From the NCBI GenBank assembly GCA_010356995.1, contig ML996700.1:558001-622000 (forward strand): 64,000 nucleotides of DNA, given 5' to 3'. A model generated the notes under the pieces. The model was not told the origin of the DNA, did no database searches, and worked only from the letters and a program-made list of their open reading frames with translations. Shown here piece after piece: positions 57,359 through 64,000 of this stretch (position 1 is its first letter; each line of letters opens with the position of its first letter). The DNA is from Trichodelitschia bisporula. Lineage: Eukaryota. Position numbers and translations under genes: made by a program.

Positions 57359-60300
57359 CTAAACGCCATCCCCAGACCCCCCAGACCCCTCCTCACGCGC
57401 CTTCCCCAAACTCTCCTCACTACTCCCACTACTATCCCCCACCGTAGCCGCCATCTCCCCCGGCAGCACCGCCGGCTGCGTCTTCCTCTCTCCCAACGCA
57501 CTCATCTCCCCAGGGGCCAACAAATCCGCCGCACTAACACGCTGCGCCTTCGCGGGCGGCGCATTATCAGGTGCATGCGTCTGCTCCTCGCTGCGCGTCG
57601 CAAACATGCCTTTCTCGGACAAGTCGACTGGGATGAAGGACTTGGGGAGCTTGACTCTGTGGTCAGGGGTTAGAGCGAGGTCACGAGAAAAGCAGATGGG
57701 GAGAGCGCACTTTGTGAATTTCTCGCGCAGGGACTCCAGGATTTGTTTCCAGTCTTGGTGAGCGGTTAGGGAGCGCCGCGGGGCGCAGCCGATGTAGTGC
57801 CGGGAGTCGAGTTGGCTGTTGGGGGGGTTAGTATAGTAAGAATAATAGGGGAAAGGGGAGGAGCCTACACGTCCAACGGGTCGAAGGCGTGACAACCAGG
57901 ACTAATGGAGATGCGAATGCTGTAATTAAAGCTCTCCGGCTCGTCCGCCACGGTCGCATTCTGGCTCTCGTACAGCTCGAAGTTAATCTGGCTGAGGTAA
58001 TCCAGCTCCGGGATATTGCGGCGCTCGATTTTCGTCCTGACACCGCCCTCGAGAATACAGTTCAACAAAGTATAAATATGGCTCTCCTTCGTGAAATAGA
58101 AGAAACTCTTCGCACCCTCGCTCGCCTGGACTTCCTCAATGTCTTTCACAATTTCTCGTAAAAGGGGAAGGCTGGTCAGAAGCCCGATCTCGAGTTTCTC
58201 GTCCCCGCTGATGCCGTATTCTTGCGGCCCGATGTAGTCGAAGAGTACTTTGCACAGCTGATACAGCTCGCGCAGCCGCGCCAGCCGCACGTCGAGCTTC
58301 GCCTTCGCCCCCGCCTGCCCGAGCCCGGTATACAGATTGAAGTAACTCTCGGGCTGGGGCTCCGTGCGGCGGGCATCGCTCCCGCGCAGACCCATGCGCT
58401 TCGCCAGACTCCCACTCCGCTCACCGCCCGTCGTCGGCGCGCGGTCCGGCAGCACAATCGCCGCAAGATCCATACTGGGCCTCGCACTCATTGCGCCCGG
58501 CGTAGACGGCTCGGACACCGCCTCGCCATCCAGGTCAGAGGCATCAGGCGTAAACGCCCACTCGAGGAACTGGCGATTGTGCAGGGCGTCGAACTTCATG
58601 CTATCGTACAACTCGCTGATCTTAGACGGGTCGACCTTCTCCGCGTCGCAGAACTCCTTGAAAAGTTTCTCCCAGCGCTCGCGGAAGAGGGAGCCGTCTT
58701 CGCCGCAGCACCAGCGGGCTTGGATGGTGCCGAGGGTGGGCGTGCTGAGGCCTGTTGATGAACCATGCGTATGCCCGTTGGTAGCCCCGGCCTCGAGCTT
58801 CGCGAAGTTGTGCCGCATGACGCGCCGGTGGAATTTCATGAGCTCGACGACTTTGCGGACGACGGAGGCGGGCTCGGGGGTGTTCGGTGGCCAGGCGAAC
58901 TGCGCTGGCGCGGCATCCCCTTCGCGCAGCAGCTGCTTGAGCTTCTTCTTAACCTTGTCCATCTCGTCCTTCGCCGCGTTCGAATCGTCTAGCAGCGCCT
59001 TGCGCACAGTGATAAGATCCGGGGGAAGATCTTTCTGGGCCAGGAATGCGCCCGCAAAGATCTGCGCGCTGGTAACGACGCGGCGCTCCGAGGAACTGAA
59101 GATTTTGACATCTTCCAGACACTCGCGGTTCAGGAGCAAAAGGTCGTTTCGTACGCTCTCGCCCAGGTCTTGCGACTGGTACAGCGCCGAGTGCGTCGGC
59201 TCGCCGCCCCACTTGATGATCAGCTGCAGCTTGTCCAGAACCAGATTCTTCTCAGCTGCTGAGATGCGGCTCAGGGTCACATCGGACGTAGAGTCGTGGT
59301 GCTCCGAGTCGGCAAGGTGCGGCCGGTGCAGAGCCGGGGCGCCTTCGAGCTCGTCCTCCTTGCGTTTGCGGAACATGGGCTTGATCTGGACCTTCGTGCC
59401 GGCCCAGCTTCCCTTTTTGACCAGCGACGTGCGCAACAGCTTCAACTTTTCGACGTCTTCAATGCCCTCTGCAAACGCCGTCTCAACGGCCTCGAGCACG
59501 CTAGCGAGCGCCGGCTCCCCGATGAGAAGAACCTCCTCTTGATGGCCCTTGAGCAAATCCACAAACGGCTTGGTGTGAAAGGTGAACTTGAACTTCTGCT
59601 TTGGCGTACGGTCCGCATGCCGAATCACCGACACCATGCCTTTCAGACGCCACTGCGCTTTGGAAGCCGGCTGCGGTACAGGCGACGGCTCATCCGTCGA
59701 CATCATGCTGCGCGCCTTGGACGGCTGCGTTTCTGGCGCCATCGGGAGGGTGCTCACGGGGTGTGTGCTACGCTCGAGACTAGGCGGTGACGTGAGAGGG
59801 ACGCCGGCCGGCTGGAGATCGGGCGAGGCCGGGCCGCGGGTGTGCAGGTGGTGATGGTGGCCGGTGAGCTTGGACATGCTCGGCGACTGGAAAAGGCTCT
59901 TGAGGGTAGACCGATGGCCGGCCGGATTCTTGCGAAGGCGCGTCTTATCATTCTCGTCGGGATCCAGGAACGACGCTGGAGGAGGGGCGGTGCCGTCACG
60001 GCGCTGCTTCTCAGACAAAAAGAGTTCGCGGAGGATGTGTGCGCAGGCGTCGTAGTACTCATTGTTGTCCTTGACGAAGCTCCAGCCGTTGACGTCGATA
60101 ACGTAGCTACGACCGTTGGCGCGGAGCAAATCGAAGCCACAGACGCGCTGGCCAAACGCATTGACGATGCGGCGCGCAATCTCGGCTTCGTCCTGCGTCA
60201 GATTGGCGACGTAGCGCACCTCCTTTCCGTTGGGGTTGCGCTTGACGATCCCATCGACAACGGGAGACTTGCGCGTTTCGGCATGGCAGAAGTCGGGTCC

Positions 60301-62100
60301 GACGGTGTAGGCCTTGACATCCTCGGCATTTTCGACTCTCAGGAACTGCTCGTAGATATAGCTGCTCGTCGGGTCGGTTACGCATCGCGGGACGCACAAA
60401 GTATCGTCACGCTCCGAGCTCTTGTTGTTGACCTTACGGAACAGCCGCCGGCCACCGCCGCCTTGCGCCTTGGAGTAGTAGATGCGAATATTGTGGTCCT
60501 CACCGCTAACGGGCTTCTCCACAAACGGCTTGCGCAGCTGCTTGCCGTCCACTACAAGCACCTCATCGTCTTCAATGAGCTCTATACTCTTCGGAGGCGG
60601 CATGCCTCCACCAGTACCGTCTTCGGACCCCGGCAACCGCACACCAGTCTGGTCAGCCAGTAGCTGAGCCACGTCTTCTGAGTGCAGCTTGGGGCCGCCG
60701 TCGCGGTTAACCATGAGACGGCGAGGCGTGGGGACATTCTGCTTGTCAAGGATCATCAGACACAATCGGCGGTCCCACAGCACCATCTGCATGAAGAGGT
60801 CGTTGACACAAAAGGGCTTGCGCAGTTTGACGTACGCAATAGCCTTCTCGAGTGGGAAGCCATCGGAGAAGAAGGAGATCAGATAGTCGCAGATCGGCCA
60901 ATTCTCTACCTCTTCATCGAGTATGATCTTGTCGCCGAAGATATTGACCTCGAACTCGCCCTTTGCGATCAGCTTGTTGAGGATGTTGCGGCTCGGGCGG
61001 CTGCGGGCCTTCGTGTCGAGGGCGCACACGCCAATTACGCCGTACGGAGCACGACGGCTACTATCGCGGTTGGAGCGCTCGCTGCCGGGGCTGACGCTGT
61101 TGGTGCTGGTACCAGCGCTCAAGCGCCGCTGGGTGCGCGTGCGACTCCTGGAGCGCGCGACAGCATTAGAAGGTGGAGGACGAGTGGGGTCGAGCGACGA
61201 CCAGTGGATGGACGGGGTAGGGGAGTTGGATAGCACTTGCGGAACAGATGTAGGGGCAGCAGCCTGCTGATGGGGCACGTTGCCAGGCTCCGCATGAAGC
61301 TTTTCGCGCGGAACCTGAGAGCCATGCTGGCTCGACGCCGCGGTATTCACACCGCCAGGCTGCGACTGCGAGTCAGGCACTAGGGAATTAGAGTCAGCAA
61401 TCAATGTCGGAGCCACAAAGGCATTACCATCAGCTTCGGAGCCTGCTACGGATTCATTCCCGCTTCCGGCGATACCTCTAGCATTGTGGTATATGGCGGA
61501 GCCCAGTGAGTAGAGGGACGACAAGGACATACGCTTCGAATCCGTGTCTGCATCCATTGGCTTGCTGTCAGAGCGAGAAGCCGCGTCGGGAAGAGAAAAT
61601 GGGTGCAGGTCGAGGGAATTGCGCAAGATGGACCTGAGTTGTGACGAGCGCGAGGTATGTGTGGTGGCAGAGGAACCGGATTCAGGTTGTGGCAATTCAG
61701 AGAGCAACGGAAGCCATTGGTTCTCCGCAGCACCGGGAGAGAGTGAGAAAGAAGTGCGTGAGGGGCGACGAGGATGAAATTCGCGAGGAGTGGGAGTAGG
61801 AGCAGTGGGGGTGGAAGAAGAGGTTGCAGACGAGGATGATGTCGTCGAAGCAGCAGTGGCACCACCACCAGCCGCAGTTGCTGTCGGTGTGGCTCGGTCA
61901 GTATTGGCGGCGTGACTCGGAGAATGCTGTCGGCCCTGGCGGTTCTGGTGGAGTTGCTGCTGCTGTGCGGCGGTGGAAGCGGACCAGTGGAGTTGGTAGG
62001 CGTTGTGGGGCGATGCCGATGCCGATGCACCACCTGTGCCGCTTGCGGAGACAATAGAGACGACACTCTCCCTACTGGTAGAGCGAATCAGGGCATCCAT
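57359..62100 (-). CDS. VIP1: Inositol pyrophosphate kinase/phosphatase (PPIP5K, Vip1/Asp1); intron near 57816-57868 and a probable in-frame intron 61380-61427
   Basis: IGVCALDTKARSRP, LISFFSDGFPL, EKPVSGEDHN, DVKAYTVG, DVNGWSFVK kinase motifs. RHADRTPKQK phosphatase motif, KWGGEPT, FTKESH. Confidence 0.97.
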
Positions 62101-62844
62101 AATGACAACCGTCTCAATGGCTTGTGGTGGTGATTATCAGCAGTAGCTAGTCATGATTAAGACGGGAACCTTTTTCTAAAAGGACATTTGCAGACCAGAA
62201 GACACGGACAGCTGGACAAGTTCAAATACAGTACGGACAGGCGCATGAGAGAGCCGCGATAGAGTGATACCTGTAGCTGAGATACGGTGCCTCGAACAAA
62301 AGGCGAGGTCTAGCTCTTGACACCATATTAAGAGCCGCTTCGAATGGTTGGACATGGCTGGGCATGCTGAATGATGACATGGGAGCGAACTGCTGGGGGT
62401 GGTTCCTGTTCCTGTGACCTTGCTGGCCATCCTATCGCAACATGCAGATCGCATGGCTTCTGGCAACGTGCAGTAACAATCCTCCGAAGCTGTTGGAATT
62501 GTGGTGGGGCACAGGGAGAGGCTACGAAAGGAACAAGCTATCTTGATAGAGCTCAAGGTTGATTTCAATACCTCCGTACAATTGCCATCTGTTTCTTACC
62601 ACATGCCATCGTCACTCGAATTCTTCCCCGCACATGGCCGCACATGGCCGCCCGAAAGCGACGGCGAGTCGTTGGCAAATGACGCCTTGTGGCGCAGGCG
62701 AGGCATTGCGCCTGCATCTCTTGGCGCCTGGGATGTTGCTTTTTCAGATCGTGGAAGAAAAGTCCGAGCGCCAGAAAAGTATTCATCCTCAGTAGCTCTT
62801 GGAACTGTAGCTCTGGGATCAACTCACCTTTGTAAAACCATAAC

Positions 62845-64000
62845 ATGTCTTCTTCTTCGAGCACCGATGAGCCTGTAGGGATATGCAATCATAGCCCATG
62901 TGTCAAACGACGGAAGCAGACCAACCTCAAAGAGGACAGTGCCGTGCGCGCCCTCGCAGCCTCGAATCGCGAGCACCGCAAACGCTCGCGCATCTTCGCA
63001 CCGTTTCGGGTACGGATTTCCTTCAGCTAATTGTGGTAAAATGTGTCTGCTAACACCTCCCTTCTCAGACTGTTGGCCTCGTGTCTCCTACCGAAGTCCC
63101 TTTCACGACCGTACCCCTCGGCAAGACCACCTTCCAAATCACCACGTCCGTAGGTCGCAGCCTGCAGACATACGATCTTCGTCGCGGCCTGAATCTCGTC
63201 TTCGTCACGCGACCGCAAACACCAGAGCTCATCACTGCGACGACATCATGGAAGGGCTGTGTCCTGGCGGCCTGGGGAGGCAAGAAAGGCGATGCGTGCG
63301 GCGTATGGGTGTACAAGCGCGGCCAAAAGGTCGACGAGCTCCAAATGCCCGACGGGTGCGAGCCGGTCAAGCAGCTGCTCACCTTCGGTTCGTGGATTGT
63401 GGGGTGCTGTGAGACACGCATCGAAGTGTGGAGCGCGTCTTCTAATGAGCACTATACCACCCTTTTCCCACGAGGGAATGTGCAGCTCACGGGCGGCATT
63501 ACGAACATGCCGACATACCTTAATAAGATCCTTGTGGGAAGATCAGACGGATGTGTCGACATTTGGAATGTCAACACAGGGAAGCTCATTTACACCATTC
63601 TACCACCCGCCTCCGATTATGGTGCCGTCACAGCGTTACAGCCCTCGCCGGCTCTCTCGCTGTGTGCCATCGCCTACGAAGCCGGCCCGGTCATCATCCA
63701 AGACATTCGCACCGATAAACAGGTCATTTTGCTCAACAACGCCATTGGCCGCACGCCTCCTGTCACGTCCATTTCCTTCCGTACCGACGGACTCGGCGCC
63801 GGCAATGATGGTCGCAAGGACGGTGTCATGGCTACGGCCACGCGCACGAACGGCGACGTCACCTTTTGGGATTTGAACGACGGCGGACGCAGGATGGGCG
63901 TACTGCGCGGCGCTCATAACCCTCCCTCCACCGTGGATGGCCAGCCGGCGGGAGGCGTAAGCAAGATTGAGTTTCTTGCTGGTCAAGGTGTCATCCTGAC
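62845..64000 (+). CDS. UTP21: U3 snoRNP/SSU processome WD40 protein Utp21, 5' part; intron 63010-63068
   Basis: SRIFAPFR|TVGLVSPTEVPF...FQITTSVGRSLQTYD, MPTYLNKILVG, ISFRTDGLGAG, LRGAH. Confidence 0.92.

Noticed and set aside
58364..60663. Long plus-strand ORFs (392 and 273 aa)
   Set aside because: They are antisense shadows of VIP1 caused by GC-rich codon usage.

Overview
Gene-dense, intron-containing eukaryotic DNA typical of a filamentous ascomycete (short GT-AG introns with CTRAC branch points, GC-rich, two N gaps). Housekeeping genes: CYP52-like P450 (3' part), CAX-type Ca2+/H+ exchanger, CDK11-like kinase, NDUFAF7, pantothenate kinase, Trf4/Cid14, Pex30-family peroxin, PAM16, RCC1, a 5'-nucleotidase-like phosphoesterase, TMA7, VIP1, UTP21 (5' part) and an intron-containing tRNA-Gln(CTG). 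Most notable: (1) a candidate ureide-nitrogen catabolic cluster made of a Dal81/TamA-like Zn2Cys6 regulator, an NCS1 permease and a spliced fusion of a biuret/triuret-hydrolase-like cysteine hydrolase with an allophanate-hydrolase-type amidase; (2) a spliced 25-aa metallothionein not called as a gene by the ORF track; (3) a tandemly duplicated C2H2 zinc-finger locus with one decaying copy, plus a very large zinc-finger protein with an unusual ~90-aa Cys/His repeat; (4) four copies of a TGATG...CATCA solo-LTR-like element. All calls come from reading the sequence and recalled family motifs; no searches were run, and exon boundaries are manual.
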